From Candidatus Hydrogenedentota bacterium (GTDB lineage Bacteria; Hydrogenedentota; Hydrogenedentia; Hydrogenedentales; CAITNO01): a stretch of DNA of 55,915 nt. The stretch is taken from positions 1-55,915 of the forward strand of contig JAPXRP010000002.1 in assembly GCA_033813475.1 (NCBI GenBank), given 5' to 3'. Shown piece after piece: positions 11,341-21,777 of this stretch (positions within the stretch are counted from its first letter, which is position 1; every line of letters starts with the position of its first letter). The position numbers and the translations under genes were made by a program. The notes beneath the pieces were generated by a model. The model had not been told where the DNA came from. It saw only the letters and a program-made list of their open reading frames with translations, and searched no databases.

Positions 11341-13536
11341 ATGTACGACATATCCGCCGCCACCGCGCTGATCGCGCGCGCCCTGGAACAGGGCACCCCC
11401 TCCCTTTCCGAGCACGACTCGAAGCGCGTGCTGTCCGCCTATGGCGTGCGCGTGGCGGAGGCGTCTCTGGCCGACACCCCGGACGAAGCGGCCGACGCCG
11501 CGCAGCGGCTGGGGTTCCCCGTCGCCGTGAAGGGCTGCGGCGCGGGCCTGGCGCACAAGTCGGACCTGGGGCTGGTGCGCCTGAATCTGGCCGATGCCGC
11601 GGCGGTGCGGGACGCGGCGGCGGCGCTGCTGGCGGCGGGCGCGCCGGGGCTGCTGGTGCAGCGCATGGCCCGGGGACGCCGCGAGCTGATCCTCGGCGGC
11701 GCGCGCGACGCGGCGTTCGGGCCGCAGGTGATGCTGGGGCTGGGCGGCGTCTCGGTGGAGGCCGTGGGCGACGTCTCTTTCCGCCTGCCGCCGGTGGACG
11801 CGCGGAGCGTCCGCGAGATGATCCTGGAACTCCGGGGCCGCCGCCTCTTCGACGCCTTCCGCGGCGAGCCGCCGGTGTGCCTGGAGGCGCTGGAAACGGC
11901 GCTCAACGCCGTGGGCCGCATCCTGGCGGACCACCCCGCCGTGTCGCATGTGGACATCAACCCCCTCATCGTCGAGGACGGCGACCCCGTCGCCGTGGAC
12001 GCGCTGATTTCCCTGTCCCCCGGCGCGGCCGCGCCGCCGGAGGGGACCGCGCCCGTGTGGGCGCCCGAGCGTTTCCTCGCGCTCTTCGAGCCGGCATCCG
12101 TGGCCGTGGTCGGCGCGTCCGACTCGCCGCTGAAGTGGGGCTTCCGCATCCTGTTCAACACCATCGAGGGCGGCTACCGGGGCCGCCTCTACGGCGTGAA
12201 CCCGCGCCACAAAGAGCTGCTGGGCGTGCCGTGTTTCCCGTCCATCGCGGCCCTGCCGGAGGCGCCCGACCTCGCGGTGATCGTGATCCCGCCCCCGGGC
12301 GTGCCCGACGCCGTCCGCGCCTGCGCGGCGCGGGGGGCGAGGGCCGTTGTGGTGATCACAGCGGGCTTTGGCGAGCTGGAGGACGCCGCCGCGCGCGGGC
12401 TCCAGGACGAGGTCGTCCGCGCGGCCCGCGAGACGGGGCTCCTGCTGGCGGGGCCCAACTGCGCGGGCGTGGCGAGCCCCGCGCCCCGCGCCCTGTATTG
12501 CGGCATGTTCGTGCGCCATCCCGGCGCGGGCGGGCTGTCCATCGTCTCCCAGAGCGGGAACGTCGGCGGCACCGCGCTGGCCTGGGCGCAGTTCCACCGC
12601 GCGGGCGTCGCGCGCTTCATCAGCACGGGCAACGAGGCGGTGCTGCGGACGGCGGACTACCTGCGCTTCCTCACGGACGATCCGGCCACCACCGCGCTCC
12701 TCGCCTATGTCGAGGGCGTGCGCCCGGGCGACGGGTTCTTCGGCGCCCTGCGCGCGGCGGCGGCGGCCAAGCCCGTGGTGGTGCTCAAGGGCGGCCGGAG
12801 CGCCGCCGGACTCCAGGCGGCGCGGTCGCACACGGGGTCGCTCTCCGGCGGCGCGCGCGTGTTCCGGGCGGCGTGCCGCCAGGCGGGCGCCGTGGCCGTG
12901 GACGACCCCCTGGAGGCCATGGAGCTGGCCGCGGCCTTCGCGGCGCAACCCCTGCCGAAGGGGCGGCGCGTGGGCATCGTGTCGCAGGGCGGCGGATGGG
13001 GCGTCATGGCCGCCGACGCCTGCGCGGAGGAGGGGCTGGAGGTGGCCGTTTTACCGGAGGAAACCCTCGCCGAGTTGGACGCCTTCCTGCCCGGCTGGTG
13101 GAGCCGCGGCAACCCCGTGGACCTCGTCGCGGGCAACGACCTCATGCTCCTGCCGAAGGCCGTCGAGACGGTCATCAAGAGCCCCGCCGTGGACGCCGTC
13201 ATCGTCCTCGGCGTCGGCTACATCGCCGACAGTGTCGCGCGCTTTGCGGCGTCGGACCTCGCGAAGGGGATCGGCCTCGACCAGCTCGCCGCCATGGGGT
13301 CCGCCGTCGAGGTCGAGGGCGCGCGCCAGATCGCAGGCTTCGCCGCGCAGTACGGCAAGCCCGTGCTCGCCGCGTCCGACACCGCCCTCGGCGCGCCCGC
13401 CGGACACCCCAACGCCGCCATCGCCGAGATGGAGCGCCTGGGCGTGTGCGTGCTGTCCAGCCCCAACCACGCCGCGCGCGTTCTCGCCCGGCTCGCCGAA
13501 CGCCGCGAGTTCCTCGACGGCACCCCGAGACGTTAA
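11341..13536 (+). CDS. ADP-forming acetyl-CoA synthetase / acetate--CoA ligase family protein, ATP-grasp domain first
   Basis: N-terminal ATP-grasp part (SEHDSKRVLSAYGVRV...FPVAVKG). Then the CoA-binding/ligase part (PASVAVVGASDSPLKWGF...LYGVNPRH...AVIVIPP...VVVITAGFGE; GPNCAGV; SQSGNVG). Start at ATG 11341 with a GAGGAG SD. Confidence 0.85.
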   Translation: MYDISAATALIARALEQGTPSLSEHDSKRVLSAYGVRVAEASLADTPDEAADAAQRLGFPVAVKGCGAGLAHKSDLGLVRLNLADAAAVRDAAAALLAAGAPGLLVQRMARGRRELILGGARDAAFGPQVMLGLGGVSVEAVGDVSFRLPPVDARSVREMILELRGRRLFDAFRGEPPVCLEALETALNAVGRILADHPAVSHVDINPLIVEDGDPVAVDALISLSPGAAAPPEGTAPVWAPERFLALFEPASVAVVGASDSPLKWGFRILFNTIEGGYRGRLYGVNPRHKELLGVPCFPSIAALPEAPDLAVIVIPPPGVPDAVRACAARGARAVVVITAGFGELEDAAARGLQDEVVRAARETGLLLAGPNCAGVASPAPRALYCGMFVRHPGAGGLSIVSQSGNVGGTALAWAQFHRAGVARFISTGNEAVLRTADYLRFLTDDPATTALLAYVEGVRPGDGFFGALRAAAAAKPVVVLKGGRSAAGLQAARSHTGSLSGGARVFRAACRQAGAVAVDDPLEAMELAAAFAAQPLPKGRRVGIVSQGGGWGVMAADACAEEGLEVAVLPEETLAELDAFLPGWWSRGNPVDLVAGNDLMLLPKAVETVIKSPAVDAVIVLGVGYIADSVARFAASDLAKGIGLDQLAAMGSAVEVEGARQIAGFAAQYGKPVLAASDTALGAPAGHPNAAIAEMERLGVCVLSSPNHAARVLARLAERREFLDGTPRR

Positions 13537-13600
13537 CGCAAGTCAGGGCGCCGGGAGATTGGGACTCCATGTCCTCAGAAAGATGCCGGGGTCGCGCGCT

Positions 13601-13681
13601 GAGGTGACACGGGCTTCCAGCCCGTGATTTGGGGTCATGGATGCGGCTCAAGAACCACGGGCTGGAAGCCCGTGCCACCTC
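13601..13681. repeat. 81-bp nested-palindrome REP/MITE-like unit (family 2, copy A)
   Basis: GAGGTGaCACGGGCTTCCAGCCCGTG ... CACGGGCTGGAAGCCCGTGCCACCTC. The outer arms are reverse complements and each arm contains its own hairpin. About 93% identical to the unit at 28614-28692. Sits between convergent gene ends. Confidence 0.8.
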
Positions 13682-13709
13682 CCCCCCGCGCCTCCCCTTC
13701 TTCCCCCGC

Positions 13710-15081
<1,372 letters not shown>

Positions 15082-15089
<8 letters not shown>

Positions 15090-16785
15090 GCGCTGCCTCC
15101 TCCTGTCCGCCGCGCGCGGGCGCCAGTCCGGCCACCTCAAACACCGCCCCGCCGTCGTTCGGCAGGCACGCCACGCGCCAGTGGTGGGCGAGGGCGATCT
15201 GGCGCACGATGGCCAGGCCGAGGCCCGTGCCCTGCTCCGACGCGGTGAAGTAGGGGCGGAACACCTCCTCGCGGTGGGCGTCGGGCACGCCGGGCCCGGT
15301 GTCGCGCACCTGCACGCGCGCGCCGCGGCCGTCGGGCAGCACCCGCACGGTCACGCGGCCGCCGGGGGGCACGGCCTGCACCGCGTTCAGCACCAGGTTG
15401 AACAGCACCTGGCGCAGCATGTTTTCGTCGGCGGACACCCGGGTCTCCGGCCCCTCCAGCGAGAGGGTGACAGCCTTCTCCTCGCGGTCGCAGGCGAGCA
15501 CCTCGAAGAGGCCGCGCACGAGGGCGGACAGGTCCACGTCGCGCGGGGCCGGCTGCACGGGCCGGGCGTAGTCCAGGAACTGGTTGATGCGGCCCGTGAC
15601 GCGGTCGGCCTCCTCGGTGATCTTGACCGCCGTGCGCCGGGTGCCCGAGGGCACCTCCGGATCGCGGCCGATCATCTGGGCGAGGCCGCGGATCAGGTTG
15701 AGCGGGTTCTTGGTCTCGTGGACCAGCCCCGCCGCCGTCACGCTGAGGTCCTTGAGGTGGCTCTCCGTCTCGCGGCTGCGCACCAGGGCGATCTCCAGCT
15801 CCGCCGAGCGCGCCGCCGCGAGCCACGCCCACGCCAGGGCCGCGCAGGCCAGCGCCGTCACGGCCAGCACGATGCCGCGCAGGCGCAGGTCGCGCGTCAC
15901 CTCGGCGCGGACGGAGTCCGTGGGCACGCCCACGAGGAACCACATGACCCCGCGCTCGCGGGCGAGGCGGTCGTACTCCTTGCGGCCCATCCAGGGGGGC
16001 TGGTCCGGCGGCGGCCCCGGCTTCGGCATGGGCGCCGCCGCAATGAGCAGCGTGTCGCGCAGGGCCTCGCGGTCAAAAACGCGGCCCGTAAGGGTGCGGC
16101 GCAGGGTTTCCGCGCGGTGGTCGTTGAGGATGCCCGGTTGGAAAAGCGCCAGCAGCGCCTCCACCTGCTCCGCCGTCAGCGGCGCACCGTCCAGCCTGTC
16201 CAGCAGCGCACGCCGGCCCGCCTGGTCCAGCACGGGGTCCAGAAAGGGCGAGTTCAGGAAATGTTCAATGTTTCCCCCGGGTTCGGGGCCCGGTGGGTGG
16301 CCCGGCGGAGAACCCGGTGGAGGGCCGTGGAACGGCGGCCGGCCGCCAGGCCCCGGCATGCCGCCCTCCTCCATGGGAAGGATGCCCGGAAGCCCCTCCA
16401 CCCCCGCGCCCAGGGCGACCAGGTGCGTGAAGAAGGCCCGGTCCCGCGACCAGTGCTCGCGGGTGCGCAGGAGCCCGCTGAAGTCTCCGGGGACGGGCGC
16501 GCCCGCCGACGCCACCACGTCGCCCGACGCGCTGAGCAGCGCCACGGAGTCCAGCTCGGCCTCGCGCACCAGCTCGCCCAGCGCCTCCTCCAGCCGCGCC
16601 CGCGGCACGATGGCCAGCCGCCCCTGCGACCGGACCACCACGCTCATGGCCGCCGCCAGGTCGCGCGCGCGGTTGGTCAGCAGCCGCCGCGCGGACTGCT
16701 CCGCGCGCCGGTGCTCCAGCGCCTGCCACCCCGCCACCGGAAGCAGCACCAGCAGCAGCAGCGCGACGAATCCTGTTTTCCTCAT
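15082..16785 (-). CDS. Sensor histidine kinase with a large periplasmic region
   Basis: H-box [14 protein letters not shown]. HATPase motifs [16 protein letters not shown] and GTGLGLAIV. Two TM helices flank a ~300-aa periplasmic part that contains a Pro/Gly-rich stretch. Confidence 0.9.
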
Positions 16786-17061
16786 GCGGTCCATTCTACT
16801 CTCCAACGCCCTGGACCCGCCAAGTGCCCGGCGGAGCCGGCACAGCCGGGTAGGGCATGGCCCGTGTCAGAGCATTTCCGGGAACGCGATGGCTTCGCTT
16901 CGCTCGCCATGACGCGGAAAGGCACGTCTTTGCGAGCCGGCCGCCCCGGCCGGCGCGGCAATCTCGTGCCAGGAGGGCCTCGTTCCCGGCGAAACCGGAA
17001 GGGGGGCGCGGGAGCGTTTCCGCTTCCCGCGCCCCCGCCAAACGTCACCCCTGACGCATGG

Positions 17062-17709
17062 TCAACGCCGCGGGCCGCCGGGGGGCGGCGGACCCGGCCG
17101 CTTGGCCAGTTCCTCCTCGTCCAGCTTGCCGTCGCTGTTCGCGTCCATCCGCTTGAACATGGTCTCCACGGACTGCTCCCAGGCGTTCCGGTGCTCGTCC
17201 TTTGTCACGCGGCCGTCATGATCCTGGTCCATCTCCTTCTTGCCCGGGAAGGGCGGCTTGCGGTCGCCCGCCTGGCCCTCGCCGGGGGGCGGCCCTTCGG
17301 GCGGCGGACCCTGCGGTCCAGCCTGAGGCCCACCCTGCGGGCCCATGTGCGGGCCGCGCGGGCCTCGCGGGCCGTCCGGGCCGGGCCGTTCGCCGCGGCC
17401 GCGCCGCGGACCGGGCAGCCGGTCCAGCTCCCCGCCTTCCAAGACGCCGTTGCCGTCCGCGTCTAGGCCGGCGAACTGCTTCTCCACCTGCTTCATCCAC
17501 GCGATCTTGAACTCGTCATGCGTCACCGTGCCGTCCTGGTCCGCGTCCAGCGACTCAGGCGGGGGGAACATCGGGCCGCGTCCCATGCCGCCTCCCGGGG
17601 GCGGGCCCATCGGCCCGCCGGGGGGCTGCGCCGACACCGCGCCCGCGCCCAAACACACCGCGACGGCCAGCGCCGCCGCAACGCCCGTGATGGTCTGCCT
17701 CGTCTTCAT
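17062..17709 (-). CDS. Secreted four-EF-hand calcium-binding protein with Pro/Gly-rich linkers
   Basis: Signal peptide ...GAGAVSA-QPP. Four canonical loops: DADQDGTVTHDEF, DADGNGVLEGGEL, DQDHDGRVTKDEH and DANSDGKLDEEEL. AAGGAG SD precedes ATG 17709. The upstream 240 codons of the track ORF are rejected. Confidence 0.8.
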   Translation of the reverse strand: MKTRQTITGVAAALAVAVCLGAGAVSAQPPGGPMGPPPGGGMGRGPMFPPPESLDADQDGTVTHDEFKIAWMKQVEKQFAGLDADGNGVLEGGELDRLPGPRRGRGERPGPDGPRGPRGPHMGPQGGPQAGPQGPPPEGPPPGEGQAGDRKPPFPGKKEMDQDHDGRVTKDEHRNAWEQSVETMFKRMDANSDGKLDEEELAKRPGPPPPGGPRR

Positions 17710-17777
17710 GATCCGTCTCCTTTTCGTTGTCGCCCGTCTCTTCCCGGCGCCCAACACGCCGGACAAAGGCACAGGGA

Positions 17778-17792
17778 GCAACGCGCGTGCCA
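17778..17792 (-). promoter_or_regulatory. Sigma-54 (-24/-12) promoter TGGCACgcgcgTTGC
   Basis: The - strand reads TGGCAC-N5-TTGC with the canonical GG-N10-GC spacing. It lies about 70 nt upstream of the EF-hand gene ATG, and sigma-54 activator genes lie downstream in the same orientation. Confidence 0.7.
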
Positions 17793-17854
17793 AAGGGCGC
17801 CGGAAGCGCGAAAGGCGCATAAACAAAGGGGAAACTGGAGATGAAACAGGGGGG

Positions 17855-17874
17855 TGCGCAGGGGGAACTGCGCA
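17855..17874. promoter_or_regulatory. Inverted repeat TGCGCAG-N6-CTGCGCA, candidate enhancer (UAS) for the sigma-54 promoter
   Basis: Perfect 7-bp arms 65-80 bp upstream of the -24/-12 element. A third TGCGCAG lies at 17913-17919. Position is typical of NtrC-family UAS sites; the binding protein is unproven. Confidence 0.35.
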
Positions 17875-17972
17875 AAGAACCGCCCCCCTGCCCGCAGGGG
17901 GCGGGCAACTCTTGCGCAGTGCACGGGAAAACCGCCCGTGTCGGTCCGTGCGGGTCCGTGTTGCCGCCCGGC

Positions 17973-19667
17973 CTACAGGTCCTTGTCGGTCACCGCGCCC
18001 TCGGACGCCGTGGTCACCTGCTTGGCGTATTTCGCCAGCACGCCGCGGGTATAGCGGGGCTTGGGCTGTTTCCACGCCGCGCGGCGGCGCGCCAGCTCCT
18101 CCTCCGGCACGCCGAGGGTCAGGGTCCGTTTCTTCGCGTCTATCGCGACGGGGTCGCCGTCGCGCACGAGGGCGAGCGGGCCGCCGTCGAAGGCCTCGGG
18201 GGTGATGTGGCCGACCACGAAGCCGTGGCTGCCGCCGGAGAAGCGCCCGTCGGTGATGAGGGCGACATCCTTCCCCAAGCCGCGCCCCATGACGGCGGAG
18301 GTGGGGGACAGCATCTCGCGCATGCCGGGGCCGCCGCGCGGGCCCTCGTAGCGGATGACGATGACGTCGCCCTTGACGACGTTGCCGTCGAGGACGGCGC
18401 GCAGGGCCGTCTCCTCGGAGTCGTAGCAACGCGCGGTGCCCGCGAAGCGCAGACCCTCCTTGCCGGAAATCTTCGCCACGGCGCCGCCGGGCGCGAGGTT
18501 GCCCCGCAGGACCACGAGGTGGCCGTCTTTTTTCACCGGGTCGGACAGGGGCCGCACGACCTGCTGGCCCTTCGGGTATTTCTTCGCGCGGGCGAGGTTC
18601 TCCGCGAGGGTCTTCCCGGTGACGGTCATGCAGTCGCCGTGGAGGAGGCCCGCGTCAAGCAGCTCGCGCAGGAGCGGCGCGATGCCGCCGATCTTCACCA
18701 GGTCGTTCATGAGGAAGCGGCCGCTGGGCTTGAGGTCCGCGAGCACGGGCGTGCGCTTCCCGACACGCGTGAAGTCGTCGAGCGTGAGGCGGACCCCGGC
18801 GGACCACGCGATGGCGGGCAGGTGGAGCGCCGCGTTGGTGGAGCCGCCCAGGGCCATGACGATGGCGATGGCGTTCTCGAACGCCTTCCTCGTGAGGATG
18901 TCGCGGGGGCGCAGGTTAAGGTCGAGCAGTTTCAGCACCGCCGCACCCGCCCGGCGGCAGTCCTCGCGCTTCTCCTCGGACACGGCGGCCTGCGCCGAGC
19001 TGCCGGGCAGGCTCATCCCCATGGCCTCAATGGCGCTGGCCATCGTGTTCGCCGTGTACATGCCGCCGCAGGAGCCCGGCCCGGGGATCGCGCAGGACTC
19101 GACCGCCTTGAGGCCCCGGTCCGTGAGCTCGCCGCGGGCGTGCCGCCCCACGGCCTCGAACACCGACACGATGTCCACCTCTTTCCCCTCGTGGACCCCG
19201 GGCAGGATCGTGCCGCCGTAGACGAAGACCGACGGCCGGTTGAGCCGCGCCAGGGCCATGAGACAGCCCGGCATGTTCTTGTCGCAGCCGCCGATGGCCA
19301 CCAGCCCGTCGAACTGCTGGCACCCCGCCACCGTCTCGATGGAGTCGGCGATCACCTCGCGGGAAACCAGGGAGTACTTCATGCCCTCCGTGCCCATGGA
19401 GATGCCGTCGGAGATCGTGATGGTGTTGAAGATGACCCCCTTGCCGCCCGCCGCGTTCACCCCCGCCTCCGCCTCCCGCGCCAGCGCGTCAATGTGCATG
19501 TTGCATGGCGTCACCATGCTCCAGGTGGACGCCACGCCCACCTGGCTCTTCTTGAAATCGCGGTCGCCGAAGCCCACCGCCCGCAGCATGGCGCGGCTCG
19601 CCGCGCGCTCGGGCGTCTCCGTCACAGCCGATGAATACTTCCGGTTCCCCGTCTTCCTGGTGGACAT
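17973..19667 (-). CDS. ilvD: Dihydroxy-acid dehydratase
   Basis: Full-length match to the IlvD pattern: [52 protein letters not shown] and [14 protein letters not shown]. Confidence 0.95.
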   Translation of the reverse strand: MSTRKTGNRKYSSAVTETPERAASRAMLRAVGFGDRDFKKSQVGVASTWSMVTPCNMHIDALAREAEAGVNAAGGKGVIFNTITISDGISMGTEGMKYSLVSREVIADSIETVAGCQQFDGLVAIGGCDKNMPGCLMALARLNRPSVFVYGGTILPGVHEGKEVDIVSVFEAVGRHARGELTDRGLKAVESCAIPGPGSCGGMYTANTMASAIEAMGMSLPGSSAQAAVSEEKREDCRRAGAAVLKLLDLNLRPRDILTRKAFENAIAIVMALGGSTNAALHLPAIAWSAGVRLTLDDFTRVGKRTPVLADLKPSGRFLMNDLVKIGGIAPLLRELLDAGLLHGDCMTVTGKTLAENLARAKKYPKGQQVVRPLSDPVKKDGHLVVLRGNLAPGGAVAKISGKEGLRFAGTARCYDSEETALRAVLDGNVVKGDVIVIRYEGPRGGPGMREMLSPTSAVMGRGLGKDVALITDGRFSGGSHGFVVGHITPEAFDGGPLALVRDGDPVAIDAKKRTLTLGVPEEELARRRAAWKQPKPRYTRGVLAKYAKQVTTASEGAVTDKDL

Positions 19668-19796
19668 AACGCGCCTCCTGCGTTGGGTGTGTCACAGGGT
19701 GTAAACACGACGCCCGCCCGGACTGTTCCCCCGGATCCCCGCGCAGCGAAACCGTCCCCCACCGTCATTCCCGCGAAAGCGGGAATCCACCCCCGG

Positions 19797-20633
19797 TCAG
19801 CGGTTTGCGCCGGCTTCTGCGGGCACACCCCCCCGCTCCAGCAGCAGCTTCCTCAGCGCCGCCAGGTTGTCCGCGTTAAGCAGGTCCACCCCCGCGTCCC
19901 GCAGCACCGGCCACACCGCATAGGGGCGCGGCAGCCCCCAGAACCGGATGCGCCGGCCCTGGGCATGGGCCTTCGTGACCATTTCCTTCAGGCGCGCGGC
20001 CTCGTCCTCCGGCATGGCGTCCTTCCCGTTCCATTTGAACGCGTCGCCCCAGCTCATGCTGACCAGGGGCACCAGATGGGGCGAGGGGTTCGCGTCCAGG
20101 TCCGGCAGGCGGCCGTCCACCGCGGCCAGCCGCGTCTCCTCGGCCGCCATGATGGCGCGCGGCGTGTTCCCCGAAAGGATCACCGTCACCGCCCGCGTTT
20201 CCGTCGCGTCCTTCGTGAACGACGTCAGCATCTCCGCATACTCCCGGAGCACGGCGCTTAGGCGGGCGTAGGTCGCCGCCGCGTCGTCCTTGATGTCAAT
20301 GAGCAGCGTGACCGGCGGGCCGTCCGGGTAGACCCGGCCCCCGTTTTGTTTGACCCGTTCGCGCAGGGGGTCCAGATACATCCCCCGCAGCGTGCGCGCC
20401 GGGTCCGTCTTGTCCGCGTCATGCGCCACCAGCAGCTCGCCGTCCACCAGGAAGATGTCCGCCTCCACACTGCAAAACCCCGCGTCCAGCGCGTCCAGCA
20501 GGGGACGCGGCCGCGAATAGTCGTTGTGCGAGTGCGCCCGCTCCAGGGGGACCACGGCGGGCGCCGCCCCCGCCGCCAGGCACACCGCTCCCGCGGCAAG
20601 CAGCGCCGCAACCGCACCATGAAACACCCGCAT
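19797..20633 (-). CDS. Secreted PI-PLC/GDPD-superfamily phosphodiesterase
   Basis: AHSHNDYSRPRPLLDALDAGFCSVEADIFLVDGELLVAHD matches the Ca-dependent PI-PLC-like / AIM6-type phosphodiesterase motif. Has a signal peptide. ATG 20633 is preferred (GGAGG SD 8 nt upstream). Confidence 0.7.
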   Translation of the reverse strand: MRVFHGAVAALLAAGAVCLAAGAAPAVVPLERAHSHNDYSRPRPLLDALDAGFCSVEADIFLVDGELLVAHDADKTDPARTLRGMYLDPLRERVKQNGGRVYPDGPPVTLLIDIKDDAAATYARLSAVLREYAEMLTSFTKDATETRAVTVILSGNTPRAIMAAEETRLAAVDGRLPDLDANPSPHLVPLVSMSWGDAFKWNGKDAMPEDEAARLKEMVTKAHAQGRRIRFWGLPRPYAVWPVLRDAGVDLLNADNLAALRKLLLERGGVPAEAGANR

Positions 20634-20771
20634 GACAGACACCTCCGCAGTTGGGCCGTCCGAAGACCCCGTGCGGGCATTGTAGGCCGCGCCGCCCCCC
20701 CAGTCAACGCGCCCGCGCGCGGGCCGGGGCCGCCCATTCCAGCCCGGCGCATTTCTTTCAGATGCGGCGTC

Positions 20772-21626
20772 TCACCTTTGAAACGTCCCGGACGGGGCGC
20801 TCCAGGTGATTTCGGGGTCAATGATGAGGGGAAGGGCGGCGTCGTGGGGGCCGGTGATGTCGAAACCGTAGGCGTGTCCGTCCACCAGGCGGAAGGCGGC
20901 CGCAACGGGCCGCTTTTCGCCGTTAACCTCCTGGAAGACGAGGGGGGCGGCGTCCACGAGGGGCTCCCATCCGTCCTTGACGCGGATTTCGAGGGAGCCG
21001 TCGTCGCGCAGGGAAAGGCCCTGAACGCCCTCGTAGCGCAGGGTGATGCGCTGCCAGGCGCCGGGGGCGGCGTGGAAGGTGTACTTGACCCCCGTGCGGC
21101 GGCCCGTGACCTCGAGGTCCACGCCGGGCCACACGTTGGTGTACCACACGGACGCGTAGGACCGCACGCCGGCCCGGTGGTTCTCGACGGGCCCCACGTT
21201 GTAGTTGTAGGTGCGCTCGGAGAGGCCGCGGCCCTCGGGGGCCGCCGCCGCCGCGCCGTCAAAGAGCAGGGCGAAGGCGTGCATTTCGCGGGGCGCGGGG
21301 GCGCGGTCCTTCGGGCTCATGGGGTCTGCGGGGTCCGCCGCCGGTTCCGCTTCGGGCCGGGGCAGCTCGCGGAAAAGCTGGAATTTCGGCCCCCGGTCCG
21401 TCAGGCCGACGTTTGCCCCCTGGCTGTCGAGGGCGAAGCGGATTTCCGGCGCGCCCCACTGTCCGGCGTTCTCAATGAACACCGACGGCCCCTGCATGAA
21501 GGCGGACACGGCCGCCTTCGCCTGGGGGGAGGCCTCCGCGGGCGTCTGGGGCGCCGTCTCCGCCCCCGCGATCCCCGCCACCGCCACCACAGCCGTCACC
21601 AACCATCGTCCTGCGCGCATGTCCAT
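20772..21626 (-). CDS. Secreted hypothetical protein
   Basis: Signal-peptide-like N-terminus WLVTAVVAVAGIAGA. Beta-rich sequence (VWYTNVWPGVDLEV...VKYTFHAAPG...ITLRYEG). No confident family assignment. Confidence 0.55.
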   Translation of the reverse strand: MDMRAGRWLVTAVVAVAGIAGAETAPQTPAEASPQAKAAVSAFMQGPSVFIENAGQWGAPEIRFALDSQGANVGLTDRGPKFQLFRELPRPEAEPAADPADPMSPKDRAPAPREMHAFALLFDGAAAAAPEGRGLSERTYNYNVGPVENHRAGVRSYASVWYTNVWPGVDLEVTGRRTGVKYTFHAAPGAWQRITLRYEGVQGLSLRDDGSLEIRVKDGWEPLVDAAPLVFQEVNGEKRPVAAAFRLVDGHAYGFDITGPHDAALPLIIDPEITWSAPSGTFQR

Positions 21627-21777
21627 GGTCTCCGCCTTTTTGTGTGCCCCGGGGGAATCGCGCCGGCCCGCCGCCGCCCGACGGCTCCGGCTGTCCGCAG
21701 GGAACAGGGCCGTTCCTTCAGATGATAGAGCGTTTTGCCGGAGGTGTCAAGGAAGGCGGGAACGAGGGGGCCGCGGG

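Noticed and set aside
16958-16971. Second sigma-54-like element, TGGCACgagaTTGC on the - strand, between the EF-hand gene and the kinase gene.
   Set aside because: The GG-to-GC spacing is 9 nt instead of the required 10, so it is unlikely to be functional. The kinase and regulator are more simply explained by read-through from the perfect promoter at 17778-17792.
17710-18429. N-terminal 240-codon extension of the EF-hand ORF (track ORF 17062..18429). Similar 5' extensions occur on ORFs 24976..26649, 32705..35524, 31152..32639, 7495..8364, 8163..9383 and 1531..3069.
   Set aside because: The extensions are Arg/Pro-rich, overlap neighbouring genes or intergenic repeats, and precede an internal ATG that has a good SD followed by a signal peptide or the conserved N-terminus.
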